A DNA stretch of 63,351 nucleotides, filler included, from Pelomyxa schiedti (taxonomy: Eukaryota; Protista; Evosea): NCBI GenBank assembly GCA_020536535.1. It is 9 parts of 9 records of this genome, joined end to end, with 100 filler letters (N's around TTAATTAATTAA, not from the genome) between each part and the next. Parts side by side here need not be neighbours in the genome. Positions count along the whole stretch, not along the records: positions 31,614 to 61,275 come from JAHLWZ010000775.1; 8 more parts are not named here. One strand, given 5' to 3'. The number at the start of each line of letters is the position of its first letter. Positions within the stretch are counted from its first letter, which is position 1. Both the position numbers and the translations under genes were made by a program. The notes beneath the pieces were generated by a model. It had not been told where the DNA came from. It ran no database searches and worked only from the letters and a program-made list of their open reading frames with translations. Shown one piece after another: positions 36,759 through 48,494 of this stretch.

Positions 36759-37976
36759 TTAGGTTTTTTCGTTGGTGGGTGTATTCAGAGTACCTTGCTC
36801 ATTTACGGGAGGATACTGAACCCGAGTTTGGTGGAGTACTTCTTGCCGGCAAGTAGGGCAAGTACTGAATGATCGTTAGTAAAAACTGGAATTTTTCCAA
36901 AACCTGTGGCCACTGTCAATCCACGTTCGCAGACAGTCGAAGTGGTAAAGGTGTCCACATTGGGTCACAAGGATATCTGTTGTAACGTCCTCCTGGCAGA
37001 TTACGCAGGTACGGTTGTAGAAGAAAATATTGGGTGCTCCTTCCTCCTCGTCAGAGAAAGCCTGTATAAGCCTCTCTACGTCCGAAGAGTCGGCATTAAA
37101 GAGAGACCAGAGGAACACCTTCAAACGGTCTAGGAACCCTGCCTTCAGCTCCACATTGCGACCGGGTGGTAAAGTAGCAAGGGCCGAGACGATTCTGTCG
37201 TGCATCACCTGCCGCCGGCTCCGAAACACGAGCTCAATGCTCTCGTTACAATCGGTTGCAAATGACCCAACCACAATCCTGGTTCCAAACCTCCTCAGAA
37301 TAGAACGGTAATCCTGGTGATGTGCCATTGCTAAGTACTCTTCGGCCGACGGAGACGGCTTTCCCTTTCCATCATAGTGGGTGATAACCAGTATGCTGTT
37401 GCCCCATATTTCATTTCCAAAGAGGCTCGCAAACATATCCAGAATCCCTTTCTCTTGGGCCGTGAGCACATCGTGCTTCATTACCACAATGAAGCCCGTA
37501 AGCCCCAGCCGATGATTAAATAGTACCTCGTGCAATGAATCACTGATCTGCCCCAGGGAGAACCGTGGGTCTGTGAACCCGATTGAATCTATGAGAGTGT
37601 GCCCGTCTCTGTAAAAGGCAGTTACTTTGTCCGTTGTACCGTTACTGGCTTCACCCCCGACTTTAGCAGGTTCGCGCATATTTTGCATCTGCACGGACCC
37701 GTTGATGAGAACGTTGATGACTGTGGACTTGCCAACTTGAGATTTTCCGATGACAAGGATCCTATGGTTCCCTGGAAGCTCGTGGAAGTAGCGTACTGGT
37801 GGTGTTGATGGAGGGGGTGGAACTTCGTCAGGCTGTGCCTGGGTGATCGGTTCGTTGTCGGTTGGGGGAGCAACGGGAGGAGCTTGGGGCGGTGGTGCGG
37901 CCGCGGTTGTGCCTTGTGTTCGTTGTGCTCGTGTTTGTGGTGGTTGTGGTTGTGGTTTACTGTTGTCGCCGCCCAT
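36759..37976 (-). CDS. AIG1/GIMAP-like GTPase fused to C-terminal RING-H2, N-myristoylation motif (copy 1)
   Basis: MGGDNS; GKSQVGKST (G1), DSIG (G3), ITHYD; CVIC..CGHLYHFDC..W, then an intron, then CPTCR; stop after NEKT. Confidence 0.85.
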
Positions 37977-38095
37977 TTGATCACGTCGCTTTGCTGGCAC
38001 TGTGATTAGCTTCCAATTTGGAAAACTGCGGCACCGTTACTTGCAAGATTTTCTTTTTGGATCCTGTTTTACTTGGTTCTTTAAATGGATACTTT

Positions 38096-38548
38096 TCAGT
38101 GATGGTTGTTTCTTTTGGTGGCTGGGGTCTCAATGAGGCCAGGGAATCCTGTGTACATGTCAGACTCAAAGCCACACTCATTTGATCCTTTCAGGATTTT
38201 GAAGTAGCCATGGTCACCCCAATCAGGGCCCCAAGAATTCTGGAAATAGTTGGCCGTGGTAGCGGGTGCAAAACTAACTATAACAAACCTGAACAAGCCA
38301 GTAATCAGTACCGTTTTCAACTCCCCAGCCAATGACTTTGACAGAGTGGAGGCCTTCATATCTGCCAGTTAAGTGACGGTAAACACCAGAGGTGTAATTG
38401 TGGAAATCGGCATAAACATTGAAGGTAGCTGCAACCAAAACGTAAGTTAAGGTCCCGAACTCATCAGCAACAAACCATCTAGTGGTCCTTGCATGAGGGC
38501 ATTCATGATTTCCGTAATGTGATTATCAGCATTAACAAAGTCACCTTT

Positions 38549-38596
<48 letters not shown>

Positions 38597-39446
38597 TGAA
38601 AATATGTGGCGGCAGGAAAAAACAGCATACCAACATGGGTGAAGTTCAAAGCACTATTTATAGGGGTGTGAATTAGAATACTTCACAGTGAGTAAAATAG
38701 GGTAACTGGTAAAGTGTCCAAGGGGAACCATCTTCACAGGAAGAGAAGTCTCGGCATGGAGGTACATCCCCATTTCCAGATACATAGGGAACACATCCCT
38801 TTGGAAATTGTCAGTTCTACAAACAATGCTGAGTAACAAACAATAGTTGTGATTCCCTCCCGCATTAAGAAATCCCAAGCGAATGAGGCAACTGAACCAC
38901 AAAAGCAGCCCAGATTTGCAAACTCACATGATAGCTGAGAGAAGTAAGTGCTAGTTGTGTGAGAAAAGATTGAACTTCACCAAATACTGTGGAGAGAGAA
39001 CAACATCGACGTTCTCCCATATGCAGAATCTATCAGATAAAGCCTCAGAAGAAGCAAACGCCCAGCAGCTTCCACAATCAGCTGTTCATTCAAGTAGCTA
39101 TAAAACTTTCAAAAAAAAAAAAGAACCTTGGTCCAGAATTCCATGGATACAACCAGGCCATTGTTCTCTTCCCTGAAAAAAAAAAAGTTGGTAACCCAAA
39201 AAAACCCATCCAACACACATCAAAATTGACAGGCAGTGAGTCATCAATTCTCTGAGGAAGGGACTGAGGCGCAGTCAGCCTCCTCATCAAATCTTCGCCC
39301 TCCTCCCTTGGCTCCATTTGCCTCATCACCCACTGACCCATAACTTGTTCCTTCTGGTGCTCGATTCGGGGCCTGAAACGTGCCCACGCCACGTGGCTAA
39401 AAACCAACACCCACACGGCCAAAGCCACAACCCCAACAACTTTCAT
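38096..39446 (-). CDS. Cathepsin B-like papain cysteine protease (copy 1)
   Basis: Signal peptide; LPVNFD; [18 protein letters not shown]; HSVKVIGWG; [13 protein letters not shown]. Confidence 0.93.
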
Positions 39447-39668
39447 TTTTTCGTTTCAACTGTTGATTGATTGGTCTCTGCACATGTGTCCAACAACAGC
39501 CCTTTGTTCCTGCCATAATCGATCATCTTCGATCGTCTTCGTGCCGAGGCACGCCAGCCCACAATCCCCACCGCAAGTCTGGAGTTTGATGTACTGCTCA
39601 TTTGAGTTTTATGGATCAAAATTGGGACACACTTTGTATTTTTTGGGTCTTTGGATCTTAATGGTCTA

Positions 39669-41106
39669 CCCAAAAAACACAAGAAAATTCTGGATCTGGT
39701 CTGGATGGTGTCAAAATTGTGTTGAACCAGGGGGAAAAGGTAGTACACTGCTGTGAGCAGTGTTTCCCTTGGTTCCCAGTGACAAAGGAGGCACTGGGAC
39801 TGAGGAAACCCAAAAAGTAGTGGTAACCAGATGGGTGCCAGAAAAAAAAAGTACATTTGGTCCATGACCAGGACCAAATTGTATCATTCTCCTAAATTGA
39901 TTAAAAAACCTGTTTGATTGTGGGCAAACTGTTGTGGTATGTGGTAGTGCATATAAAGTTGTGGCATGATGGTTTCAAGGTCTAACACACATCCACAGTC
40001 ACCATTGTCCCAAAATATGACATTGGCTCCACATTTCAACACCTTTGACACCCCAAATCCTCCTCCACCAAGGCTTTTGTCTCTTTCTGAGCAACCACTG
40101 GTTTACTCTCCACATTTGGGCCAACTTAGAGTCCCTGCTGTTGTTCCAACACTGCCAACTTCAATGTCAACATCTTCTTCATTGGTACCACAATTGATGC
40201 AAAAGACCAAAGTTCAACAGGGATGAATGTAATTACCTCACCAGATTGTGTATTTGAGTGGCAACAGTGATAGTGAGAGTCTGAGTAATGTTGAGAAACC
40301 AAGCTCACAAACATCAAAAAGAAGAACACAGAAAACAGATAATCAGACCAGAAAGATGTTACACCCTCAAAAACTGGTATACAAGGCAAAGCATCACTTC
40401 CTTGATAAATTTCATCATTATTTCTGCTGGTGTCAGCCTCACACCACACAAATTTGAGGGTATGTTCAACAGATATGATGACCATCCTAGAAGAAGCAAT
40501 GGAAACACAAACCTTTAGGGCAGCTGCCCATTTGTCACACAACAAGCTGAAAGCAGCAAATAAACTCTGTTCAGTGACACAAGAATGAAACAACAGTTTT
40601 TTTTCAGCTGGTCATATGACCAATGAGCAGCTGCCCTGAGCACACCTTCAGTCAATTTCTCATTTCTCTTCTGAATTGCTGGTGACATTACAAGCTGCAC
40701 TGCATCTCACTGACACAGACCTACAGCTTGCAGGAAAGTCATCTGCAAATGCACAAAGGAAAGCCATCTCTGACTGGGCTGCAAAAACTGGAAACATGGA
40801 AACAACAAAAACAGCAGTGGCTTCTATCAAAGAAAAGCAAGCACAAGCTGTTCCTCAGCAACAGCCACGCAAACGCAGACCTTCAGCTTCACAAGTGGCA
40901 CCCATTCCCAAGGAGACTGCCAGAGCACCTCCACTTGTATTTCGCAGAATGGTACAATCTACAGCGTTGTGTCAAAAACCAAGCAATTGGAGTTATTTGA
41001 CCCCCATGCCATGTGATGCTCCTCAGACGCTGAAAAGACCACGAAACGGTAGAACGTGTCTGGTCCAGATGTGGTCCAGACATTTCAGAATTTTCCCTTC
41101 ACAGGG
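39669..41106. mobile_element. Putative decayed DNA transposon (CCC...GGG termini, TA flanks, EnSpm-like)
   Basis: ta|ccc..gaaaattctg..tctgga at the left versus tccaga..cagaattttc..caggg|ta at the right; stop-riddled interior; absent from the duplicate block. Confidence 0.4.
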
Positions 41107-41181
41107 TACAGAGAACCAGGACCGTTGATGCCAAAAAGTGTGAGTAATTCCCAAAAATTATTTTAAAAGATGTCCTGCAGT

Positions 41182-42272
41182 TTACTGGAGGAGTTTTTGT
41201 CTGAGGAGGTCTAGTGATTGCTTCGGGAACCCTATGTTCGCAAGGTACCCATCAATGGAGCCGAACTGCCGGTCAATCTGATTCAGGAATTTCTCCACCG
41301 ATTCCGGGTTCGGCAATGCTGTGTGCTCGTGGAATTCCAGGCCCAGTGCATCAAGCTGCTCTGTCAATAGTTCTCTCATGGGTCCTTCTGCATTCTGCGA
41401 GAGGCAGTAGTCATGAATCACGGCATCCAGAGGGGCGCCGAGGGCTCTTAGAAGTACTGCACAGACAAATCCGGTACGGTCTTTGCCCAGTGAGCAACAG
41501 ACTACAAGGGGTTTGGAAGCTGATGCGCAGGCAAGAATGACCTCGAATACATTGCGTACATTATCTTGTCCTGTGGGGTGCTAATTTGAGGGACAGTGGA
41601 TGGAAGGGGGATGCGGGAAACCTCGATTGATGATAAATGGGTAGTACCATCCAACTGGGGCAGACATGCATGTCTGGTATATAATTTTAAAAACTCGGCC
41701 CCACATGCACAAAAGCCCAAAGAATATCAGTTTCACTGGGAATCATTAATTAATGGTAACACTGGAATTTTGAGAGGACCTGCTGTTAAAAAGTCAAGTA
41801 AACACACAGAGGCGAAGAGGAGGGCTCGATGTGGTAGTAGGTTGTGTATAGAGTGTGTGAATCTTCCCTCCAGAAGGGATTCAAAGTTGGGTTGTTCCTT
41901 TCAAACAAGACATGTCAGTTCTGTAAGAATAACTATGGAAAAGTTACATCAGGAGAGCGCAAGTCGACGATGGTTGTAACTCCAAGTTTAGCAAGGGAAT
42001 CAATGTCACCTCTGGTGGATTTAGTCATACCTTAGGAGGAAGAAAACTACATCAATACTCAGAACTAAAACGTATATAGAGGAAAAAACAACCCAACTGA
42101 AATACTAACCACATCGATACAGCAATCCAGTTTTCACCCTCCTCCCGTCGGATGTCACGCAACCGCCGAAATCACGGAAATTGAATACCCCCTGAAATCT
42201 CGGGGAAACTGACGACGCCGCGGCGACCTCTTCCTCCGAACCAATCACCTGCGACGACGGCGACCCCGACAT
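41182..42272 (-). CDS. Tyrosine/lipid phosphatase of the PtpB (Y_phosphatase3) family (copy 1)
   Basis: FNFRDFGG..GRRVKTGLLYR; TIVDLRS; VCCSLGKDRTG (CX5R); DYCLS. Confidence 0.88.
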
Positions 42273-42536
42273 TCTCTCTGGTGCGGTGATGAGTTGAATT
42301 AAATTACAGAAAACGAAAAGTACGGACCTGTGCCATCATTTTCTCCGGATTAGCTCTGGCTGAAATTTTTCTTATTCTTTCCAAAGTTCTGTGCCAAATC
42401 CATACGGCGGCGAACAATGTTGAACTTATTGTGAGCCAAGACAACGGATAAAATTACAAAACAGTTCTTTTGGCGTCTCAGTGAATTTGCTTGGATACAT
42501 AATACCGGTACTGCACATTGGTTGTGTGTTTTCGAA

Positions 42537-44230
42537 TCACCCCCACAGATGACACATACCCAATGAAAAATAAGAGTTGAGCCACAGGGCTGTGGCAATG
42601 TGATTTCTTGTGACCAGCTTCCTCACAGTTAGTGCGAGGTCGGGGATGTCCTCTTTTGTGATACCCATGCTCACCACCAACCACTTTATCACTGGTAGGT
42701 GGCCGTTGCCAATTGCATAGTGAAATGCGGCATTAGAAAGAACATCGGTTTTGGTGAGTCCCCGCTGTGATATGATGAGTTTTACAATGTCCAAGTGGCC
42801 TCCTGCGCAAGCTGCATTCAATATTGATATTACAGTCCTTTCTGGCATTGAATCCTTCATGGAGTTGACAAGCCACCATTGCACCACATGTGTAAGACCC
42901 CCCAAAGTAGCCCTTGATACTCCTGAGTTTATTATATAGTTTCCTGGAATATATGTATCGAACAGAGTCATAATATCAGGATTGGGCTGGGTGCATGCAA
43001 TTTCAAACCATTCAGTAAAAAGTACAGGGGTTAGATAACTGGCTTTCAGTAGTGGGATGGTTTCTTCAACAAGCTTCAAATGCCCCCCAGAGATTGCCCC
43101 TTTGATAAGTGACCCCCGTAGATAATCTTTCAAAATATCGTTCTCGAGTGCTATCTTTTTACTGAACCAGGAAATAAGTTCCCGGTCTCCAACTTTTCCA
43201 AGGGTCTCAAGTAACCGTGATTTGTACCCAGTGCAGGTGTTGAACGGTTTGGAGCCAAACCAAAATATCAGGTCCCTGTTTTCTGTTCTGCAAACTGCCT
43301 GAAGTAAATCAGGGGAGCTTTCCCAAACTGAAAATGATTCAGAAAGCCATTTCACAACCTCAAGATGGCCATTAGTGCATGCGCTCCAAAAGGGTTCATT
43401 TCTAAAATATTCTACTTCATCTCTCCCGTAGTTAAAGTGCTTAGCAATCCACTGGGCAACAGATAAGCGCCCACTGGAGCACGCTTTCTTGAATACCACG
43501 TGGAACCAGTCCATTAAATCTTCCCTCCGAAGTGAAAACTTCCTCACCATCCATTCTACATTCTCCAGAGAACCGGCAGAGCATGCTCCAGCCAGTGAGT
43601 ACAGAATCAGTCTCTTGTTACCTTTGGCCTGAGACTCATCCAAGACCCATTCCAGACTTTCTTTGTCTTGGCAGTGCTTGAAAGCTTTCATGAGAACTGC
43701 TCCCCCATCAGGTTTTTTCCTGTCATAGATGTTCTCGCACTCGACCAGTGGTTCAATGCAGTCACACAACTTGATGCGGAACTTTCTTGAGAACAACCTG
43801 GCGGCTTGAATCCGATTCCCCATCACCGCGTTGACCAATAGGTAAGGCTCCAATGTGGATGGGCACAGTATCGCCCTTCTAAGATTCTCCCAGTGATCCG
43901 TACATTCAGACGCATAGTTCTGGTTAGAGTCACACACAAAAAAAGCAAGGGAACGAAACACACATGGATATAGGTAACAGGAGGGTTGGTGGAGAACACC
44001 AATCTGGCTTGCTTGACCGAGGCACCAAACAATAACCAACTCACATCGCACAGAGTAATCAGAGAACCAAACGACTCCAGAGTTGGCACAATGTGGGATG
44101 CCAACAATTGGCAGGTTTCGACCGTATGAGTTATATGTTGTTTTCTGTCGGTGGATGATGCACCTGCGGGTGTCTCATAACCGTGTGAGTCAGTTGGTTT
44201 CGGTTTGCCCCTCGTCTCCGCGGAACCCAT
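42537..44230 (-). CDS. Ankyrin-repeat protein
   Basis: ACSAGSLENVEWM, ACSSGRLSVAQWI, ACTNGHLEVVKWL, ACAGGHLDIVKLI, AIGNGHLPVIKWL. Confidence 0.88.
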
Positions 44231-44274
44231 ATTGGGTAGTATCTTTTTTGATTGGGAAGAGAAGAGGGGGCCGG

Positions 44275-45493
44275 CTATTTCCGAGACTCTTCTGCGTCCA
44301 TGTCAGCAAACAGACCGAACCGGCAAACGAGGGTGCGCATGAGGGCGGAGACGGGGCCAGGGCCCAGGAGGCCAAGGGCGAGGCTTGCCGGGTGCGTGAA
44401 CAGCCCGGTGTTGATTATGCACATGCCTGGGCGTCCAAGGCACCGCCACACAGAATCAGCCACTTGATCAGGAGTCTGGCCCACAAGTCGCAGGATTCGC
44501 AGGACAGAATTAAGGCGGGGGCGGGGGCGGGGAGTGGTTTGGGGTGATTGTGATTGTGATTGTGATTGATCACCAAGGTGGTCGTAGAGGCCAGTGTTGC
44601 AAACGAATCCGGGCTGCACACAGGCGATGTCAATGTTGTGCTTCTTGGCGGCGAAGGAAAAGGAGGAGGAAAATGAGCCAAGAAATGCCTTGGAGGCTGA
44701 GTATAGCTCGAGAAATGGTGTGGGAAAAAGTGCGGTTGCTGATCCCGTTATCACAATCTGGTGTTGTTTCAGTTACATTAAATTGCGAATATCTATATGA
44801 GTGGGGATACGTACTGCACCTTTGGCCCCGCGGGAAAGCATAGCTGAGTAGAAATGCTGGCACAGTAGAATGTTGGCAGAGACCATTGTGTGTATATAGT
44901 GAGACAATACTGATGGTGAAACATCCTGAAGTGGGTATTGCATCATCCATCCCGCATTCAGAAACACCAGTCCAATGAGTAGGTCTCCAACCTCTTTGAT
45001 TAAGCTCTCCACACCAGTGACCTCATCTAATTGTATGCCAAGGAAACGAAAGCTCACCCCTAAAGAATATCAGGAAAAAAACTAATGACTAAGACAACAC
45101 CTGGAAAGACACAAGGTAGATCTTCCCTCATTCTACTCAGCTTCTCATCATCCAACCCACACACAACCACGTTTATTCCTATTCACTCGTCACGTTATCT
45201 GTGCGTATTAACCAAACTCGCTTCAATGCCATCCCACAATCCCATCCCACATGCTCCACAACGACCAATTCAGACCCAATAGACACACCTTCGGAAGCCA
45301 GCCTCATCACATAGCTCCGGCCTATTCCCGAAGTGCCGCCTGTCACCAGTGCCCACTGTGCACCGTACTTGGCACGCAAATTCTGACGACCACAAAACCA
45401 ACACGCCAACATCGGCCAAACGAGCCGGCTCACAACCCCAACGCACCCACAAGTGCAAATCACCCATAGTACTGCGCGAATCCATACCCCCAT
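44275..45493 (-). CDS. Short-chain dehydrogenase/reductase (3-ketoacyl-CoA reductase/17beta-HSD12-like)
   Basis: N-terminal TM; YGAQWALVTGGTSGIG; LNAG; YSASK; VQPGFV. Confidence 0.9.
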
Positions 45494-45656
45494 TACCACA
45501 GTCACGCCGAAACTTCAAAGTCCAAGAAACTTGTTTTGATTCCAATGGGCAGTAGCGAAATTTGTGGGTGGAATGGGGATACGGGCCGTGGGGGAATTGA
45601 AAGACGCGAGAGCATTTGCAACAGCGGCAGTGTGGTGTGCCTTGCTGTCCTAGATT

Positions 45657-48380
45657 CTACGTTTTGTTGGCCAACTGTGGGTGTTCCGCTACATAGGCGG
45701 CTATTTCTTCTGGATCATTGTCAACTAATTGCTTTATGGGGCCAATGCGTTCCCACAGCTGTTCATTTGTCCAGGTGGGGCGCGTTATGCTCTCCCATGG
45801 TGGTGGCTCGCGGCATGTGAGTGGGTCTATAGACCTCATCCTGCGGGTAAAATGTGAGCATGAGTGCGGGGGTAGCTCGTTTTGCTGTACCAATTAACAT
45901 GGCGGTGGATCATGTGCGTTACTGGGTCTCTGCGAGTGTAATGCAGTATATCTAGAAGATGAGGTAAAGGTTATCTTGCTAATTGCTACATACGGCCATT
46001 TCCAATTGGGTTACTGGGATTCTTTACTGCAGCAATAAATTCAGGCCTCATTGTTCTCTCGAGAAGGAGCCTTAAGGTATAGCTAATTCCGTGATGGCAA
46101 ACAACTGTTGCTGTAAATCATTCAATACGATGAACACGTCCGTACCGATCACCCGCATCCCACTACAGTGCCGAGTGAGTTTTTGAAGGAACTGATCTAC
46201 ACGGAGACATGAATGCCCAAGTGTCTCATCACCTAAGACAGTAAGTAGACAGGCAGAGGGAAGAAACTTAGACCTGTGGGATCAACCTCCTGTGGGGTCC
46301 TTGTAGCTTTATCTCTAAAACCGGAACTGAGCATTAAGTCAGCACACCAAATGTGATAATCGTACTATCTATACCGAACATAAAAATCTGTTGTCCAACA
46401 AGCCCCTGGTAGTTCCAATTCATACGCAGATTCCAATGTACGGATATATCTATCAAGGATTTACTGGTAATCAATTTCCTAATACCATACTCGCTGGAGA
46501 AGTAGAAATCGAAAGTGCCCAAGTGTTCCTTAATGTATCTTCCAGCCTAGACGTAATTTATTATCAACCCAAGAGCATATAAAGGCACACAGCACGAGAT
46601 TGTAAGCGTCCTTTCTCTGTTAATCGGTACTCCGATGTGTGCCTTGACGCAAACAAGCTATACAAAGAATTCCCATTTCCAGTCAAAAAGGATTTCTGCA
46701 AAAGATAACTTGCATGACCCCTATTATCCACATACTTTGCACAGGTTTCCTTCACTCTCTCCGTGTCTTACAATGACCAAATCCACTGGCTGTAGACAAG
46801 ACAGGAATTGGAGATAGAACTAAGTTGATGATGCATTGTGATACCATATTATCATATTCTAGGGTATTTTTCTCCACCCATGAGGGAGGTGGAATAAGAT
46901 TCGGAGTTCTTGGGGGTATTTGATGAGCTCGATGAAATTCCTCAATTTCCTCTGGTGTGTTATCAATACACTGCGGAATCTTCTCGACAATTGCGAGTAG
47001 TGCCGCATTAGTGAATGATGGAGGGATAATCTCTTGCCACAGGCATGCTGCTGAAGGAATCAGGGGATTGACTGACCTCATCCTTTTTTTTTTTTGGTCA
47101 GGTTATCTAGAGAGAGGGAATTTACCATTTCAAGTGAGCATGAACGACTCCAGTATGTGGATCCTTGCGTGAGTAATGCAGTATATCTAAAGCCATTTTT
47201 TAATTTGCGAAGTTTCTGGGGAAAAGATGCTCACTGCATGAATGGGGAGTGGAATTGAGTTGTAGAAATTCAGCTTCGTACTCCCGGCGTAAAGTACGTT
47301 CTAACAATAACCGAAATGTAAAACTTATACTTGGGTGACACAAAACTGTAATAAGTAAGAGTGATTTTTTTCTTTACAAATTTTCTGCACCTATGACACG
47401 CATTCCTGAGCAATGACTTGCGATTTTTTGCAAAAATTGATCAACACGAACACAAGTATTCGAGATAGATTCCGCACCTAAAAAAAATGGTAATTGTTTA
47501 ATCTGATTAGTTCCTTGCAAACCTGGAGCCTGGTAAGACAATAAATCGAAGTTGGGATTGTGTCTTTCTCCTTCAGGAAGTAATTTGGGCGTATCAGGTC
47601 GACTGAAACCTACACATCTAAACACTCATTCTATTGGGACAGGAGTACCATCAAATTTTCCAAAATCAGGTTCTCTTGTGAAGGTCAAATAATAATGAAG
47701 AGTAAAAAAAAAAACCTTATATAAAAATCGGTGGTCCACATGGCTTCCTCAAGACCTAAATAAGCTGCACTCTCCATGGTTCTTACATATCTTTGATTAC
47801 TGAGGATGACTCTACAAAACTAAGAGGATATACTCGCTGCAAAAGTGAAAGTCGAATTGCCCGATGTTCCTTCGAATGAATTCTCCTGCCTTTAAAATTT
47901 TTTATTGCAAAAAAAAGTTATGAAAATTGGGTATTGAAAAATACCGCTTGTGACTGCAGCCTACCCTTCTGTGTGAGTCTGTACTGAGACTTGTGCCTTC
48001 CCCCCAAAACTGATAAATCACGCGATTCCAAATCAGGGGTCCTCCCGTCGGTTGCACTTGTCACACTCCCAGTTGCAGGCATAGTAGCAGCGTCTTCAAC
48101 AGAACCAGTTTCCGTAAGAGAATCCAGCAAGTTTCCCTCGCTTTCTCCGTGATCAACAATCACCAAGTCTACTGGCTAATAGCAGTGACTCCATGCAACA
48201 ACCACAAAAAAAAAAAAAAAAGAAAAAAAAACGGCGCACGCAAAACAATCTCACATCGACGGACTCTCTCCCACACGGGGATATATCGTTACCATGCGGT
48301 CGTAGACGAGCAAGTTCTTCTGTATGGCATCCATAGATCCACGTGATGACGAATTTAAAGGAAATTAAATAAAGTGCCAT
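45657..48380 (-). CDS. Histidine-phosphatase (PGAM family) protein with two tandem domains, many exons
   Basis: Domain 1: PVDLVIVDHGESEGN..YRLTQKGRLQS..FDFHFCSEYVRTMESA..VLCH. Domain 2: PVDLVIVRHGESEGN..YRLTEKGRLQS..FDFYFSSE..VVCH. 5' end uncertain. Confidence 0.85.
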
Positions 48381-48494
48381 CACACTGCCAGTCGAATTTT
48401 TTTTTTCATCTGTACATTCAGTGTCCATCTCTTCGATACTGGAAATAAGCCAGAAATCGCGGTCCTTTTTATTTGTTGTACAGCATTGCAGACA

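Larger units (their letters stand above)
36170..42840. repeat. Copy 1 of a direct segmental duplication (copy 2 = 54379-61275)
   Basis: Same order and orientation: acyltransferase 5', AIG1-RING, cathepsin B, PTP, ankyrin 3'. Confidence 0.95.

Noticed and set aside
38553-38594. Long poly-A tracts (also 57369-57396)
   Set aside because: Poly-T within cathepsin B introns, not retro-insertion tails.
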